In this document: piece after piece, positions 27,820 through 40,005 of the stretch
How the letters are laid out: the number at the start of each line of letters is the position of its first letter
Position numbering within the stretch: the first letter of the stretch is position 1
Assembly: GCA_046725875.1 (NCBI GenBank)
Contig: JBKOZJ010000042.1
Span: 1 to 46,665 of the forward strand
Length of the DNA: 46,665 nucleotides
DNA from: Actinomycetota bacterium
GTDB taxonomy: Bacteria > Actinomycetota > Actinomycetes > JAKEEW01
Reading direction: 5' to 3'
Notes under the pieces: model-generated
Seen by the model: the letters and a program-made list of their open reading frames with translations, nothing else
Told to the model about the DNA's origin: nothing
Database searches by the model: none
Translations under genes and position numbers: made by a program

Positions 27820-27964
27820 AACACCACTCTCGGCGGGCATCCCCTCGTCACCGCCAATCGGCGTCGTTTTGACCGGGTCACTTTCCACGTAACAGAGGCA
27901 TATGCGCTGCCCAGGAGCCCTTTCAACACCGCGACACGGTATTTGCTCCGCCACCAGAGCGCCG

Positions 27965-28957
27965 TTAGCCCGTGCGGGAGGCGACGGCGTCACAGAGTGA
28001 AACGAGGGCTCGCTTCACGGCCAAGTCGGGCAGCGGGTCCAGCAACGACCGGGCCTCCGCGGCCCACCGCAGCGCGTCCGCTCGAGCTCGTGCCATTGCG
28101 GAATGAGTACGCAGAAGGGTAAGCGCCTCGGCGTGCTCGGCGTCGTCGGTTAGCGCCCGAGACAGCAAGGATCGCAGGCGCGCGTCTCCCGGCTCGCCGC
28201 TTGCCAGGGCGTGGAGTACGGGAAGGGTCGGCACGCCTTCCCGCAGGTCGGTACCGGGGGTCTTACCTGAGTCGGCGGAATCGCTGTCGATGTCCAGAAC
28301 GTCGTCGGCCAGCTGGAAGGCGACGCCGATCCGCTCGCCGAACTGGGTCAGCAGGTCGGCCACGCTCTCGGGCGCGCCGCTCAGCATGGCGCCGAACCGC
28401 GCGGAGGTAGCGATCAGGGAGCCCGTCTTCTCGGCCACCACGGTCATGTAGTGGGCGAGCGGGTCCTCGTCCTCGCCCGGACCGAGCGTCTCCTTGATCT
28501 GACCCGTCACCAACCGCTCGAACGTGCGCGCTTGGATCCGTACAATCTCGGGCCCGAGGTCGGCGACCAGGTCCGAGGCGCGGGCGAAGAGGAAGTCGCC
28601 GGTCAAGATAGCGACCGTGTTGTCCCACCGTGAGTTGGCCGAAGGCGCCCCACGGCGAAGCGCGGCCTCGTCCATGACGTCGTCGTGGTAGAGCGTGCCG
28701 AGGTGGGTCAGCTCGACCACCAAAGCCGCGGGCACGACGCCGGGCGAGTCCGGGTCGCCGAACTGCGCGCCGAGCAGCACGAGCAGCGGGCGGAACCGCT
28801 TGCCACCAGCCTCGACCAGATGCCTCGAGGCCTCGTGCAGCAGTGGGTTGTTGCTTTTCACCGCATCGCGCAGGGCGGTCTCGACCGCCGCGGCCCGCTC
28901 GGCGATCTCTGCCTCGAACGCCGGATCGGCGAAGTCCATTGCGATGGCCCGGGTCAC
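27965..28957 (-). CDS. Polyprenyl diphosphate synthase (HepT/GrcC-like, menaquinone side chain)
   Basis: GGKRFRP, HDDVMD..LRRG (FARM), KTGSL, FQLADDVLD (SARM), GKTPGTDLREG. Confidence 0.94.
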   Translation of the reverse strand: MTRAIAMDFADPAFEAEIAERAAAVETALRDAVKSNNPLLHEASRHLVEAGGKRFRPLLVLLGAQFGDPDSPGVVPAALVVELTHLGTLYHDDVMDEAALRRGAPSANSRWDNTVAILTGDFLFARASDLVADLGPEIVRIQARTFERLVTGQIKETLGPGEDEDPLAHYMTVVAEKTGSLIATSARFGAMLSGAPESVADLLTQFGERIGVAFQLADDVLDIDSDSADSGKTPGTDLREGVPTLPVLHALASGEPGDARLRSLLSRALTDDAEHAEALTLLRTHSAMARARADALRWAAEARSLLDPLPDLAVKRALVSLCDAVASRTG

Positions 28958-28990
28958 GTCCGCCTCCTGTCTGTCTGCTGCGCAACGAGG

Positions 28991-30589
28991 TCAGGCGACG
29001 AAAAGGGCGGCCTTGTCGGCCAGGTCGAGCGCAAATTGGGGCACGATGCCGAGTACGAGCGTGACCACGACGCCGGCTCCAACGGCGATTCCGGGGAGAA
29101 CGCTCGGCACGGCCACCGCCGGGCCGTCGATTGGTGGTTCCGAGAAGAACATCAGCACGATTACTCGGACGTAGAAGAACGCGGCGACAACGCTCGCGAT
29201 GACCGCCACGACCACCAGGGGGGCGGCGCCGCCGTCGATGGCGGCGAGGAAGACGGCGTACTTCCCGGTGAATCCGGAGGTCATCGGAATGCCAGCCATG
29301 GCAAGCAAGAAGAGCGCGAAAATACCGGCGACCAGCGGCGACTGCCGGCCGAGCCCGGCCCACCGGGACAGGTGGGTCGCCTCGCCGCTCGCGTCGCGAA
29401 CCAGCATGACAACGGCGAACGCGCCGATCGTCATGAAGCCGTAGGCCGCGAGGTAGAACAGCGACCCGGACAGCCCGGCCTTGTTCGCGGCGATCACGCC
29501 GGTAAGGACGAACCCCGCATGAGCGATCGAGGAGTAGGCGAGCATCCGTTTGATATCGGTTTGCGTGATGGCGACAATCGCACCGACGGCCATGGTGAGG
29601 ATGGCGACGCCCCAGAGGACCGGCCGCCAGTCCCACTTCATGCCGGGCAAGGCGACGTAGAGAACGCGCAGCAGTGCCCCAAACGCGGACACCATGGTGG
29701 CCGTGGCCATGAACCCAGTTATCGGAGTCGGCGCCCCCTGATAGACGTCGGGCTTCCACGAGTGGAAGGGCACGAAGCCGAGCTTGAAGGACAGGCCGAC
29801 ACCGAGCAGCCCGGCGCCGAGCAGGAGGAGTGCATCGTTGCTGGCGCCGGCCGAGATCGCGTCGGCGATCTCGGAGAGCCGCACGCTGCCGGCGTAGCCG
29901 TACAGCAGTGCCACGCCATAGAGGAAGAACGCCGAGGAGAACGCCCCCAACAGGAAGTACTTCAGGGCTGCCTCCTGGGAGAGCAGCCGGCGGCGGCGGG
30001 CCATGCCGCACAACAGGTAGAGCGGCAGCGAGAGCACCTCGAGGGCGACAAACATCGTCAGCAGGTCGTTGGACACCGCGAAGGTCATCATCCCGGCCAG
30101 CGCGAAGAGGGTGAGCGGAAAGACCTCCGTTTGCGCCCTCCCGGTGGCGATGGCCACCCGCTCGGCTTGCGAGCCGGGAACGGCCGACGCCTCGGGTGCG
30201 AACGCATCCCCGCCGCGCTCGAGCCGACGGTCGGCCACCAGCAGGATCGAGGCCAGCCCCAGCAGCAGCAGGATGCCCTGGATGAACAGTCCAACCCGGT
30301 CGATGCCCAGGGCGCCCTCCGCGGCGATCGCCTGGGTCGCCTCCTTGACGTAGAACCCGTCCGTGAGGTTGAAGCGGACACCCGCCAGGTAGAGGACCGC
30401 GACGAAGGCCGCGACGATCCCCACGACGGCGATGAACAGCTGCATCGGATAGCGGGCGGGACGACCGGCGAAGGCCTCGACTAGGACGCCGAGCACCGCC
30501 GCGCCGAAGATAAGCAGCATCGGCAGGACCTGCACATAGTCGATGTGCGGGCCGCTGATCTGTGCCTGGGCGACGAGCGAGGCGGTCAC
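28991..30589 (-). CDS. nuoN: NADH-quinone oxidoreductase subunit N
   Basis: FVALEVLSLPLY, EAALKYFLLG, FKLGFVPFHSWKPDVYQGAP, KRMLAYSSIAHAG. Confidence 0.96.
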   Translation of the reverse strand: MTASLVAQAQISGPHIDYVQVLPMLLIFGAAVLGVLVEAFAGRPARYPMQLFIAVVGIVAAFVAVLYLAGVRFNLTDGFYVKEATQAIAAEGALGIDRVGLFIQGILLLLGLASILLVADRRLERGGDAFAPEASAVPGSQAERVAIATGRAQTEVFPLTLFALAGMMTFAVSNDLLTMFVALEVLSLPLYLLCGMARRRRLLSQEAALKYFLLGAFSSAFFLYGVALLYGYAGSVRLSEIADAISAGASNDALLLLGAGLLGVGLSFKLGFVPFHSWKPDVYQGAPTPITGFMATATMVSAFGALLRVLYVALPGMKWDWRPVLWGVAILTMAVGAIVAITQTDIKRMLAYSSIAHAGFVLTGVIAANKAGLSGSLFYLAAYGFMTIGAFAVVMLVRDASGEATHLSRWAGLGRQSPLVAGIFALFLLAMAGIPMTSGFTGKYAVFLAAIDGGAAPLVVVAVIASVVAAFFYVRVIVLMFFSEPPIDGPAVAVPSVLPGIAVGAGVVVTLVLGIVPQFALDLADKAALFVA

Positions 30590-32325
30590 CGGCTGCTCCC
30601 CTCCGTCGCAACGTCAGGAACCGCCGGGGACGACCCCCTTGAACCCTCGACCAGAGCCGTTGGCGGCGGGTCGGTGCGTCCCACATGCTCCAAGGTCCGC
30701 TCCACCGGCGGATTGATGACGTCGAGCACGGGCTTCGGGTAGACACCGAGGCCGATGATTGCCGCGAGCAGCGGCACGACCGCGACGACCTCGCGCAGCC
30801 GCAGGTCCGGCATTCCGCGCACGCTCTCGGCGACCCTGCCGTTCATCGTTCGCTGGTAGAGCCAGAGGATGTAGACCGCCGCGAGGATGCCCCCGGTGGC
30901 TCCGATGACGGCGGCTGCCTTGTATCTCGTAAACGTCCCGACCAGCACCAGGAACTCCGACACGAAGGTGGACAGCCCGGGCAGCGCCAGCGCGGAGAGT
31001 CCGGCCACCAGGAACGTCCCGGCCAGGACCGGTGCCACCGATTGCACTCCTCCGTAGTCGGCAATCAGCCGCGATCCCCGCCGTGATATCAGGAAGCCGG
31101 CGATGAGGAAAAGCGCGGCCGTCGAGACGCCGTGGTTAAGCATGTAGAGCGTCGATCCCGACTGACCCTGGGTGGTCATCGCGAAGATGCCCAGGATGAT
31201 GAAGCCGAAGTGGGACACCGAGGTGTACGCGATGAGGCGCTTGATGTCGGTTTGACCGATCGCGAGCAGCGCCCCGTACACGATACCAACAACGGCGAGC
31301 ACGATGATCGCCGGCGTAAAGTACCTCGACGCGGCCGGGAAGAGGAGCAGGCAGTAGCGGAGCATCCCGAAGGTGCCAACCTTGTCGAGCACGCCAACCA
31401 AGAGGACGGCGCTGCCGGGCGTGGCCTCGGCGGCGGCGTCCGGCAGCCATGTGTGGAATGGCCACATCGGCGCCTTTATGGCGAAGGCAATAAAGAACCC
31501 ACCGAACAGCAGCTTCTCGATGTCCGGATCGATGGCGAGCGAGCCGTCGCGGATGGCGCCAACCAGCTCCTGCAGGTCGAAGGTGCCGGCTTGAAGCTGG
31601 TCGGAGGAGACGACGAAGAGACCGATCAGGGCGGCGAGCATCAGCAGGCCGCCGACGAGGCTGTAGAGCAGGAACTTGACCGCGGCGTAGGACCGCTGCG
31701 GACCCCCGAAGCTTCCGATGAGGAAATACATCGGGACGAGCATCGCCTCGAAGAAGACATAAAAGAGGAAGACGTCGGTGGCCGCAAAGACCCCGACCAT
31801 CATGGTCTCGATGACCAAAATCAGGGCGAAGAACGTCTTCACTCGGGGGGCTCCGCCCCCCGAGGGCCTCCCGGTTACCACATCCCTGCCAGCCCGGGCT
31901 GGCCCGCCGTCCCTGGGTTGGTATGTATTGGCGGCCGCGCCGGTGGATGGGTCTGGCGCGGCTACGTCCGGGGCGTCGGCACGAACCGCCCCCCTATCGG
32001 GGTCCGGTTCGTGCCACGCGGCGAGGATGACGACCGGGACGAGAAAGGCCGCGAGCGCGATGAGAATGAGGGCGATGCCGTCCACACCGAGCGCGTAGTG
32101 GACCCCGAAGGCCCGAATCCACTCGTGCCTTTCCTCGAACTGGTAGCCCGCGGCGTTCGCGTCGTACTGCGTCGCCATCGCGATCACAAGGCCGGCCACC
32201 GCGAGCGAGGCGAGCAGGGCAATCTGCTTGGCGACGACCGGCCGGTTGCGCGGCACCACGGCGATGAGGGCGGCGCCGACGAGCGGCACCACGCCGATTG
32301 CGGTGAGCCAGGGGAAGTCGGTCAT
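30586..32325 (-). CDS. nuoM: NADH-quinone oxidoreductase subunit M
   Basis: FYVFFEAMLVPMY, KAPMWPFHTWLPDA, DIKRLIAYTSVSHFG, FVSEFLVL. Confidence 0.96.
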   Translation of the reverse strand: MTDFPWLTAIGVVPLVGAALIAVVPRNRPVVAKQIALLASLAVAGLVIAMATQYDANAAGYQFEERHEWIRAFGVHYALGVDGIALILIALAAFLVPVVILAAWHEPDPDRGAVRADAPDVAAPDPSTGAAANTYQPRDGGPARAGRDVVTGRPSGGGAPRVKTFFALILVIETMMVGVFAATDVFLFYVFFEAMLVPMYFLIGSFGGPQRSYAAVKFLLYSLVGGLLMLAALIGLFVVSSDQLQAGTFDLQELVGAIRDGSLAIDPDIEKLLFGGFFIAFAIKAPMWPFHTWLPDAAAEATPGSAVLLVGVLDKVGTFGMLRYCLLLFPAASRYFTPAIIVLAVVGIVYGALLAIGQTDIKRLIAYTSVSHFGFIILGIFAMTTQGQSGSTLYMLNHGVSTAALFLIAGFLISRRGSRLIADYGGVQSVAPVLAGTFLVAGLSALALPGLSTFVSEFLVLVGTFTRYKAAAVIGATGGILAAVYILWLYQRTMNGRVAESVRGMPDLRLREVVAVVPLLAAIIGLGVYPKPVLDVINPPVERTLEHVGRTDPPPTALVEGSRGSSPAVPDVATEGSSR

Positions 32326-32326
32326 C

Positions 32327-34303
32327 TCACAGCCTCACCAGCAGCAGAGCGGCGACGACCAGGGCCGCGCCGCCGAACATGGACAGGGCGTACGAGCGGA
32401 CGAAGCCGGTCTGCAACCGCCGAATCCGCCCCGACGACCCGCCGATCAAGGCTGCTAGCCCGTTGACGATCCCGTCCAGGCCCTTGTTGTCGAGGAAGAC
32501 CAGCGACCGGGTGAGGTACTGACCCGGCCGCATGAGGAGCGCCTCGTTTACGCCGTCTTCGTAGAGGTCCTTGCGCGCGGCTACGGTGGCGAACGACACC
32601 GCAGCGGGCGCGGTACGCGGAATGGCCCGGCGGGCGTACTGCATGACGGCGAGAAGTATGCCGAGAGCGACGATGCCGAGCGTTATCCCGGTGACCGCGG
32701 CCGGTGCGAGCAGGTGTTCCTCCTCGGCATGGGGGCCGATGACGGGCTCGAGCCAGTTCTCGAACCTGCTGCGGAACGCAAGCAGGAAGCCGGCCGCGAC
32801 CGACCCGACCGCGAGCAGGATCATCGGCCAGGTCATGACCCGCGGCGACTCGTGCGGGTGGGCGTCCCTTTCCCAGCGCTGCTCGCCGAAGAATGTCATG
32901 ATCACCACACGGGTCATGTAGAAGGCAGTGATGCCGGCACCCAGGAGCGCTGCGCCGCCGAGGATCCAGCCGCGGGTTCCGCCCTGGTCGAACGCCACTT
33001 CGATGATCTTGTCCTTGGAGTAGAAGCCGGACAGCGGCGGCACCCCGATGATGGCGAGGTAGGCGAGGCCGAAGGTGGCAAAGGTGATCGGCATGACCCG
33101 GGCAAGGCCGCCATACTTCCGCATGTCGACCTCGTCGTTCATGCCATGCATGACCGAGCCCGCGCCAAGGAAGAGGCCGGCCTTGAAGAAGCCGTGGGTG
33201 AGTAGGTGCATGATCGCGAACGCGTAGCCGAGCGCTCCGGCGCCGGCGGCGAGGACCATGTAGCCGATCTGGCTAATGGTCGACGCGGCGAGCGCCCGTT
33301 TGATGTCGTCCTTCGCGCAGCCGATGATCGCGCCGAAGAGCAGCGTCGCCGCGCCGACAATCATCACCGCAAGCTGTGCATCCGGCGCTAGATCGAAGAT
33401 CGGGTTGGCTCTCACGATCAGGTAGACACCGGCCGTCACCATGGTCGCGGCATGGATGAGCGCCGACACGGGCGTCGGGCCCTCCATCGCGTCCATCAAC
33501 CAGGACTGCAGTGGGAGCTGAGCCGACTTGCCGCACGCCCCCAGCAGGAGCAGCAGCCCCATCACCGTGAGCGTCGTCCGGCTCACCGAGCCCGACTGTG
33601 CGCCGTCGAACACGCCGGCGAAATCGACCCGCCCGAACGTCGCGAACATCAGGATGATCGCGACGGTGAGCCCGAAGTCGCCGACCCGGTTCACCACGAA
33701 TGCCTTCTTAGCGGCGACGGCGGCGCTCGGCCTGTGCTGCCAGAACCCGATCAGCAGATAGGACGCGAGGCCGACACCTTCCCAGCCGACATACAGCGAC
33801 AAGAAGCTGTCGCCGAGCACGAGCAGGAGCATCGCCGCGAGGAAGAGGTTGAGGTACGAGAAGTAGCGGCGCCGCTCCGGGTCGCGGGCCATGTAACCGA
33901 CGGAATAGATGTGGATCAGCGAGCCCACCCCGGTGATGAGCAGCGCGAAGCTGATCGAGAGCGGGTCCATCAGCAAGCCGACATCGACGTTGAAGCTGCC
34001 GGCCGAGATCCAGCTGAAGAGGTGCACGTCGCGCGCTCGCTGTTCGGCCGGGTGGTCGAGCAGCGCAACGAGAACGGCGACCGCGTATGCGAAGCTGCCC
34101 ACGCTCATGAGTACGGCGAACCAGTGCCCCCAACGGTTCGCTGCCCGCCCGGCCAGCAGGAGGACCGCGGCGCCGAGCAGCGGCAGCGCGATCACTACCC
34201 AGGCGCCCTTCTCGACACCGGTGGCGGTGACCGCATTCTGCGGCTGGGCGGCCACGACGGAGCCGAGCGGACTCGCCGCGGCCAGCACTGACATACCGGT
34301 CAC
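32327..34303 (-). CDS. nuoL: NADH-quinone oxidoreductase subunit L
   Basis: [57 protein letters not shown]. Confidence 0.96.
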   Translation of the reverse strand: MTGMSVLAAASPLGSVVAAQPQNAVTATGVEKGAWVVIALPLLGAAVLLLAGRAANRWGHWFAVLMSVGSFAYAVAVLVALLDHPAEQRARDVHLFSWISAGSFNVDVGLLMDPLSISFALLITGVGSLIHIYSVGYMARDPERRRYFSYLNLFLAAMLLLVLGDSFLSLYVGWEGVGLASYLLIGFWQHRPSAAVAAKKAFVVNRVGDFGLTVAIILMFATFGRVDFAGVFDGAQSGSVSRTTLTVMGLLLLLGACGKSAQLPLQSWLMDAMEGPTPVSALIHAATMVTAGVYLIVRANPIFDLAPDAQLAVMIVGAATLLFGAIIGCAKDDIKRALAASTISQIGYMVLAAGAGALGYAFAIMHLLTHGFFKAGLFLGAGSVMHGMNDEVDMRKYGGLARVMPITFATFGLAYLAIIGVPPLSGFYSKDKIIEVAFDQGGTRGWILGGAALLGAGITAFYMTRVVIMTFFGEQRWERDAHPHESPRVMTWPMILLAVGSVAAGFLLAFRSRFENWLEPVIGPHAEEEHLLAPAAVTGITLGIVALGILLAVMQYARRAIPRTAPAAVSFATVAARKDLYEDGVNEALLMRPGQYLTRSLVFLDNKGLDGIVNGLAALIGGSSGRIRRLQTGFVRSYALSMFGGAALVVAALLLVRL

Positions 34304-34311
34304 CTGGTCTC

Positions 34312-34611
34312 CTAGTACTTGAGCAGGCTCGCGTCATCGACCGATGCCGACCTGCGGGTACGGAAGATCATCACGATGATGGACAGCCCGACCACGACCT
34401 CGGCGGCGGCGACGACCATGACGAAGAACGCCGCCACCTGCCCGTCCAAGTTGCCGTTGATTCTCGCGAAAGCGACGAAGCTCAGGTTCACGGCGTTGAG
34501 CATCAGCTCGACCGACATAAAGACGACGATCGCGTTCCGCCGGATCAGCACGCCCGCGGCGCCGATAGTGAACAGCAGTGCGGACAGGTAGAGATAGTTG
34601 GCGGGGTTCAT
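34312..34611 (-). CDS. nuoK: NADH-quinone oxidoreductase subunit K
   Basis: Start MNPANYL at 34611, 99 aa. [27 protein letters not shown]. Confidence 0.96.
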   Translation of the reverse strand: MNPANYLYLSALLFTIGAAGVLIRRNAIVVFMSVELMLNAVNLSFVAFARINGNLDGQVAAFFVMVVAAAEVVVGLSIIVMIFRTRRSASVDDASLLKY

Positions 34612-34672
34612 GAGGCACCCCTCGAACTTTTCGCCCGCTTCGGCACGCCGCCCGCCCTGGTGGTTGCTGTGA

Positions 34673-35515
34673 TCACGGCGTTGGCCCCTTTCCGAGTTGG
34701 CTGCCCTCGGTGGCTTCGCGTTCGTCCTCAATGGCAGTGGCTTCGGTCAGACCGCGGGCAGCTGCGATGGCCCGGACGTCGCCGCGCACCTGGAGCACCT
34801 TGGACACGGAGAGCTCCGCAGGCGTGCCGTCGGGGAGCAGCGCCGGGGTGTCGACCGCGTTGTGCCTGGCGTAGACGCCCGACGGTGGCAGCGGCGTAAC
34901 CTGCTTCGCCTCCTTGAACCGCGCCTCGGCGAGCTCGCGCTGAGGGCGCCGCCGCTCGGCCCGCTCCCTATGCGTGAGGACCATCGCGCCGAGCGCGGCC
35001 GTGATCAGCAGCGCGCTGGTGATCTCGAACGCCCAGACATACCTCGTGAACATCAGCGCCGCAAGGCCTTGGACGTTGCCGTTCGCGTTCGCGGTCGCGA
35101 GCCCCGCCATCCCGCTCACCGAAGCGTTGCCGATCACGGCGACGAGCAGGATCCCGAATCCAAGACCGGCGACCGCGGCCGCGATCCGCTGTCCGCGAAT
35201 GGTTTCGATCAACGAGTCGGACGAGTCCACCCCGACGATCATGAGTACGAAGAGGAACAGCATCATGATCGCGCCCGTGTAGACGATGATCTGTACGACG
35301 CCGAGGAAGAGCGCGCCTTGGACGAGATAGAACACCGCGAGGGTCAGCATTACGAAGGCGAGGAACAGCGCGCTGTGCACCGCCTTTCGGACAAGGAGCA
35401 TGCCAAGCGCGGCGAGCACCGCCAGCGGCCCGAGGATCCAGAAGGCCACGCTCTCCCCGGTGGACGTCTTCGTCTCCGCGGCGAGGATGCTGACGGTATG
35501 CAGGGTCACGCTCAT
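34673..35515 (-). CDS. nuoJ: NADH-quinone oxidoreductase subunit J
   Basis: [35 protein letters not shown], actinobacterial tail ARHNAVD. Confidence 0.95.
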   Translation of the reverse strand: MSVTLHTVSILAAETKTSTGESVAFWILGPLAVLAALGMLLVRKAVHSALFLAFVMLTLAVFYLVQGALFLGVVQIIVYTGAIMMLFLFVLMIVGVDSSDSLIETIRGQRIAAAVAGLGFGILLVAVIGNASVSGMAGLATANANGNVQGLAALMFTRYVWAFEITSALLITAALGAMVLTHRERAERRRPQRELAEARFKEAKQVTPLPPSGVYARHNAVDTPALLPDGTPAELSVSKVLQVRGDVRAIAAARGLTEATAIEDEREATEGSQLGKGPTP

Positions 35516-36150
35516 GGCCTTTCCGCCTCAGCCGGCTGCGTTGTCGCGTGGTCGACGGCCGAGTCGTCCGGCTCGACTTGGCCACGGGTGCGAACCGCGG
35601 GAGCCGTCTCGCCCGGCACCGGCGTGACCTCCTGGTACGGATGCGAGCCGGTTACCTTGCCGTCGTAGTAGTCCTTCTCGGTCGTTCCGGGATACATCGG
35701 ATGCGGCGGCGCGATCATGCCCGGCTCGAGCGGGGTGAGCAGGTCCTGCCGCTCATAAATGAGGTCGGCGCGGTTGTCGTCGGCGAGCTCATACACGTTC
35801 GTCATCGTCAGCGCCCGCGTCGGGCATGCCTCGATGCACAGCCCACAGAAGATGCACCGCAGGTAGTTGATCTGATACACCCGGCCGTAGCGCTCACCGG
35901 GCGAGTAGCGCTCCGTCTCGGTGTTGTCAGCACCTTCGACGTAGATCGCATCGGCCGGGCACGCCCACGCGCACAGCTCGCAACCGATGCACTTCTCGAG
36001 ACCGTCCGGGTGCCGGTTGAGCTGGTGACGGCCGTGGAATCGGGGCGCTACCGGCTTCTTTTCCTCTGGGTAGAACTCCGTGTTCGGCTTCCGAAACATC
36101 GTCCGGAAGGTGACACCAAAGCCCGCGATCGAGTCCAGGAACTTAGGCAC
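35512..36150 (-). CDS. nuoI: NADH-quinone oxidoreductase subunit I
   Basis: [12 protein letters not shown] and [12 protein letters not shown]. Confidence 0.97.
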   Translation of the reverse strand: MPKFLDSIAGFGVTFRTMFRKPNTEFYPEEKKPVAPRFHGRHQLNRHPDGLEKCIGCELCAWACPADAIYVEGADNTETERYSPGERYGRVYQINYLRCIFCGLCIEACPTRALTMTNVYELADDNRADLIYERQDLLTPLEPGMIAPPHPMYPGTTEKDYYDGKVTGSHPYQEVTPVPGETAPAVRTRGQVEPDDSAVDHATTQPAEAERP

Positions 36151-37576
36151 GGGGTTCCTCCTTGCGCTCCTCTTGCTCGGGTGGCGCCGCCGGACCGTCG
36201 CTTTCCACCGCAGCGGGTACGGCCGGGCGCTCGACGCGGCTGCGAATCGCCGGCATCGTCTGACCCGGTAGCGGCGGCACCGGGTAGCCCCCCGCGAATG
36301 GATCGAACTCGGCGGCCTTGGGCTCGGCCGCCTTTCGCCGCTCCCGAACCACGCCGACGAGGTCGGCGATGTAGGTCAGCACGACGATCGCGCCGATCAC
36401 GATCCCGCCGATCAGGAGCACGTCGCGTGGCTCGACCGTTAGATCCTCCTCGCGCAGCGTCTGGATGGTGGCCACCAGCAGAACCCAGGCGAGCCCGGCT
36501 GGGATCAGCACCTTCCAGCCCAACCTCATGAACTGGTCGTAGCGCAGGCGCGGCAGCGTCCAACGCAACCACAGAAAGCCGAAGAGCACGAGGGCGAGCT
36601 TGGCGAGGAACCACAGGACTGGCCACCAGCCGCTATTCGCCCCGTCCCAGATCGATATCGGCCAGGGTGCTCGCCAGCCGCCGAGGAAGAGGGTTGTCGC
36701 GAGGGCCGAGACGGTCACCATGCTCACGTACTCGGCGAGAAAGAACAGCGCGAACTTCAGCGACGAGTACTCGGTGTGGAAGCCGCCCACCAGCTCGGTC
36801 TCGCCCTCCGGCAGGTCGAATGGCGCCCGGTTGGTCTCCCCCACCATCGCGACCAGGTAGATGAGGAACGACGGCAGCAGCACGATTGCATACCACGACG
36901 GGAGGTGGATGGTCGTACCGAGGAACTCCCGGGCGCTGCTGTGCGCCTGGGCCTCGACGATCTGGGAGGTGGACATCGTCCCGGCGTAGAGGAAGACCGC
37001 GACCCAGGACAGGCCCATCGCAACCTCATAGGAGATCAGCTGCGCGGCGGACCGCAGCCCGCCGAGCAGCGGATACGTCGAGCCGGACGCCCAGCCGCCG
37101 AGCACGATGCCGTAAATGCCGATTGACGTCATGGCGAGGACGAACAGCACACCCACCGGCAGGTCGGTGAGTTGCAACCGGGTCTGCTGACCGAAGATCG
37201 AGACCTCCGGCCCGAACGGGATGACCGCGAAGGTCAGTAGGGCGGTGGTGGCGGCGATCGCCGGTGCCAAGATGAAGACCGCGCGATCCGCGGCCGCGGG
37301 GATTATGTCTTCCTTGAGGGCGAGCTTGATCCCGTCCGCCAGCGACTGCAGGAGGCCGAAGGGGCCGACCCGGTTCGGGCCGATCCGCTGCTGCATGCGG
37401 GCCGCTACCCGCCGCTCGGCCCAGATCAGCAGCAGCACGGTGACCACAAGGAAGACAAAGATCACCACGGCCTTGAGGAGCACGAGCCACCATGGATCGG
37501 CGCCGAAGGTCGCAAGCTCGGACGGAGCCGGCGTCTCGTCCTGCAGGCGCAGGTTGGCGCTCGGGTACGTACTCAT
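36143..37576 (-). CDS. nuoH: NADH-quinone oxidoreductase subunit H
   Basis: [50 protein letters not shown]. Confidence 0.97.
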   Translation of the reverse strand: MSTYPSANLRLQDETPAPSELATFGADPWWLVLLKAVVIFVFLVVTVLLLIWAERRVAARMQQRIGPNRVGPFGLLQSLADGIKLALKEDIIPAAADRAVFILAPAIAATTALLTFAVIPFGPEVSIFGQQTRLQLTDLPVGVLFVLAMTSIGIYGIVLGGWASGSTYPLLGGLRSAAQLISYEVAMGLSWVAVFLYAGTMSTSQIVEAQAHSSAREFLGTTIHLPSWYAIVLLPSFLIYLVAMVGETNRAPFDLPEGETELVGGFHTEYSSLKFALFFLAEYVSMVTVSALATTLFLGGWRAPWPISIWDGANSGWWPVLWFLAKLALVLFGFLWLRWTLPRLRYDQFMRLGWKVLIPAGLAWVLLVATIQTLREEDLTVEPRDVLLIGGIVIGAIVVLTYIADLVGVVRERRKAAEPKAAEFDPFAGGYPVPPLPGQTMPAIRSRVERPAVPAAVESDGPAAPPEQEERKEEPRA

Positions 37577-40005
37577 AAGGCACCTCCGGAGCCGCCCGCC
37601 GGGGCGGCTACCCGGACGAGGGCGCCTGCGTCGGCGGCGAGCTGTCGCCGCACCTCGGAGCCGGGCGAGTTGGCCGGCAGCCAGATCACGCCGTCAGGCA
37701 TCTCGGTGATCTCGAGCGGCAAAGTGATCTCACCACGGTCGTTAGCGACCGTGACCTCGTCGCCCTCGGCCGAGCCGATCGCGGCGGCCGTCGCCTTTGA
37801 CAGCCGGATGGTCGGGCGCCGCGCGGTAGCCGCGAGGTAGGGCTCGCCGTCCTGCATCCGGCCGCGGTCGAGCAGCAGCCGCCAGGTGGCGAGGACCGCC
37901 TCGCCCTCGGCCGGCTGTGCCGGGAGCTCGGGCGAGACCAATGGCTCGGTGGCCCGCGCCCCCTGCCATGATCCGAGCGCCGCGAGCTCGCGGCGCGCGG
38001 CGAGGGGGTCCGGCAGCCGCAGCTCGACGTCCATCTCGTCGGCGATTCCATGCAGCACCCGCAGGTCGGGCTGCGCACCGGTGTCGCGCAGAGCGGCGTG
38101 GAACTCGCGCATGCGGCCCTCCCAGTTGACGAAGGTGCCGTCCTTCTCGGCGACGGGCGCCACCGGGAAGACGACGTCGGCAAGCTCCGTCTCGGCGCTG
38201 GTCCGCAGCTCCAGGCTGACCACGAATGGCACGGCTTCGATGGCCGCGCGGGCGGCTTGCGGGTCGGGCAGGTCGTCCATCTCGAGGCCGCCAACTACCA
38301 GCGCGCCGAGGTCACCCCGTCGAGCGGCGGCAACGATCCCGTCAGTGCCGCGTCCGGGGACCGCAGGCAGGTCAGCCACCCGCCAGACCGTGGCGACCTC
38401 GGACCGCGCGGTCGGGTCGACGACCGGTCTGCCACCTGGCAGCAGGACGGGCAGCGCTCCCGCGTCAAGCGCTCCTCGCTCACCGGCCCGTCGCGGAACC
38501 CAGCCGAAAATCGCCCCGGTCGCCCGGGCAACCTTGACAGCCTGGGAGAAAAGCCCGGTAGAGGTCGCCGCCCGCTCTCCGAGAAGGATGATGGCGCCAG
38601 GCTCGTGCAAGACGTCGGACAACTCGCCGCCGTCGGCGAGCGTATCAGCGAGCAGGGCAGCCTCACCGCCTGGAACGCATTTGACGAGCGTGCCCTCCAA
38701 CTTCGTCAACCCAGCCGACGCGAACGGCGCGACCGAGAAGACCCGCGTGCCGCGCTTGGCCGCGGCCTTGCGCAGCCGCAGGAAGACGATCGGCGACTCC
38801 TCCTCCGGCTCGAACGAGACGAGTAGGACCGCCGGCGCGTTCTCGAGCGCGGCGTAGGTTGGGGTGGGCCCCAACGCGGCCACTCTGGAGGCGAGGAAAT
38901 CGGCCTCCTCCGCCGAGTGCGGGCGGGCCCGGAAGTCGATGTCGTTGGTGCCAAGCGCCAGCCGGGCGAATTTGGAGTACGCGTACGCATCCTCGAGCGT
39001 CACCCGTCCGCCGGTCAGGACCGCAGCCCGGCCACGTGCCCGCTCTAGTCCCCGAGCCGCCACTGCGAACGCTTCCGCCCACGACGCAGCGACCAGCACG
39101 CCGTCCTCGTCTCGTACAAGCGGATGAGTAAGCCGATCTGATTGCACCGCGTACCAGAAGGCGAAGCGGCCCTTGTCGCAGTTCCACTCCTCGTTCACCG
39201 CCGGGTCGTCGCCGGCGAGCCTCCGCATCACCTTGCCGCGCCGGTGGTCGACCCGCAGCGCGCAGCCGGAGGCACAGTGCTCGCAGGTCGACGGCGAGGA
39301 GATCAGGTCGTACGGGCGGGCCCGGAAGCGGTACATCGCGGAGGTAAGCGCGCCGACCGGACAGATCTGAATGGTGTTGCCGGAGAAGTAAGACTCGAAC
39401 GGCTTCTCCTGGTAGATGCCGACCTGCTGCAGCGCGCCACGCTCGAGCATCTCGATGAACGGGTCGCCGGCAATCTGGTCCGAGAAGCGGGTGCACCGCG
39501 CACACAACACGCACCGCTCCCGGTCGAGCAAGACCTGCGAGGAGATCGGGATCGGCTTCTCGAAGGTCCGCTTCCGGTCCAGAAAGCGGGAGTCAGAGCG
39601 CCCGTTGGTCATCGCCTGGTTCTGCAGCGGGCACTCCCCGCCCTTGTCGCAGATCGGGCAGTCCAGCGGGTGGTTGATGAGCAGCAGCTCCATGATGCCC
39701 TGCTGCGCCTTGTCCGCGACCCGCGATGCGTGCTGGGTCTGCACCACCATGCCGTCGGTGACCGTAGTCGTGCATGACGTGAGCGGCTTGCGCTGGCCCT
39801 CGACCTCGACCAGGCACTGCCGACAGGCACCAACCGGATCGAGCAGCGGATGGTCGCAGAAGCGCGGTATCTCGATGCCGAGCGCCTCCGCGGCCCGGAT
39901 GACGAGCATGCCCTTCGGCACCGTGATGTCGATGCCGTCGATCGTGCACGACACCAGCTCGGGTGCCGGGGTCGGAAGGCTCCTGGCGGTCTTCTCGTCG
40001 GTCAT
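37573..40005 (-). CDS. nuoG: NADH-quinone oxidoreductase subunit G
   Basis: IPRFCDH...[29 protein letters not shown]7 motif CEHCASGC...C. Confidence 0.97.
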   Translation of the reverse strand: MTDEKTARSLPTPAPELVSCTIDGIDITVPKGMLVIRAAEALGIEIPRFCDHPLLDPVGACRQCLVEVEGQRKPLTSCTTTVTDGMVVQTQHASRVADKAQQGIMELLLINHPLDCPICDKGGECPLQNQAMTNGRSDSRFLDRKRTFEKPIPISSQVLLDRERCVLCARCTRFSDQIAGDPFIEMLERGALQQVGIYQEKPFESYFSGNTIQICPVGALTSAMYRFRARPYDLISSPSTCEHCASGCALRVDHRRGKVMRRLAGDDPAVNEEWNCDKGRFAFWYAVQSDRLTHPLVRDEDGVLVAASWAEAFAVAARGLERARGRAAVLTGGRVTLEDAYAYSKFARLALGTNDIDFRARPHSAEEADFLASRVAALGPTPTYAALENAPAVLLVSFEPEEESPIVFLRLRKAAAKRGTRVFSVAPFASAGLTKLEGTLVKCVPGGEAALLADTLADGGELSDVLHEPGAIILLGERAATSTGLFSQAVKVARATGAIFGWVPRRAGERGALDAGALPVLLPGGRPVVDPTARSEVATVWRVADLPAVPGRGTDGIVAAARRGDLGALVVGGLEMDDLPDPQAARAAIEAVPFVVSLELRTSAETELADVVFPVAPVAEKDGTFVNWEGRMREFHAALRDTGAQPDLRVLHGIADEMDVELRLPDPLAARRELAALGSWQGARATEPLVSPELPAQPAEGEAVLATWRLLLDRGRMQDGEPYLAATARRPTIRLSKATAAAIGSAEGDEVTVANDRGEITLPLEITEMPDGVIWLPANSPGSEVRRQLAADAGALVRVAAPAGGSGGAL

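Noticed and set aside
27676..27993. Small ORFs between murA and the prenyl synthase
   Set aside because: No recognisable motifs or RBS. The region is better explained by promoter and RNA structure.
19351..30746. Long alternative-frame and antisense ORFs (e.g. 19351-21081, 28263-30746, 28685-30484)
   Set aside because: They overlap well-supported genes, are Arg/Pro/Gly-rich with no motifs, and are expected shadow ORFs in high-GC DNA.
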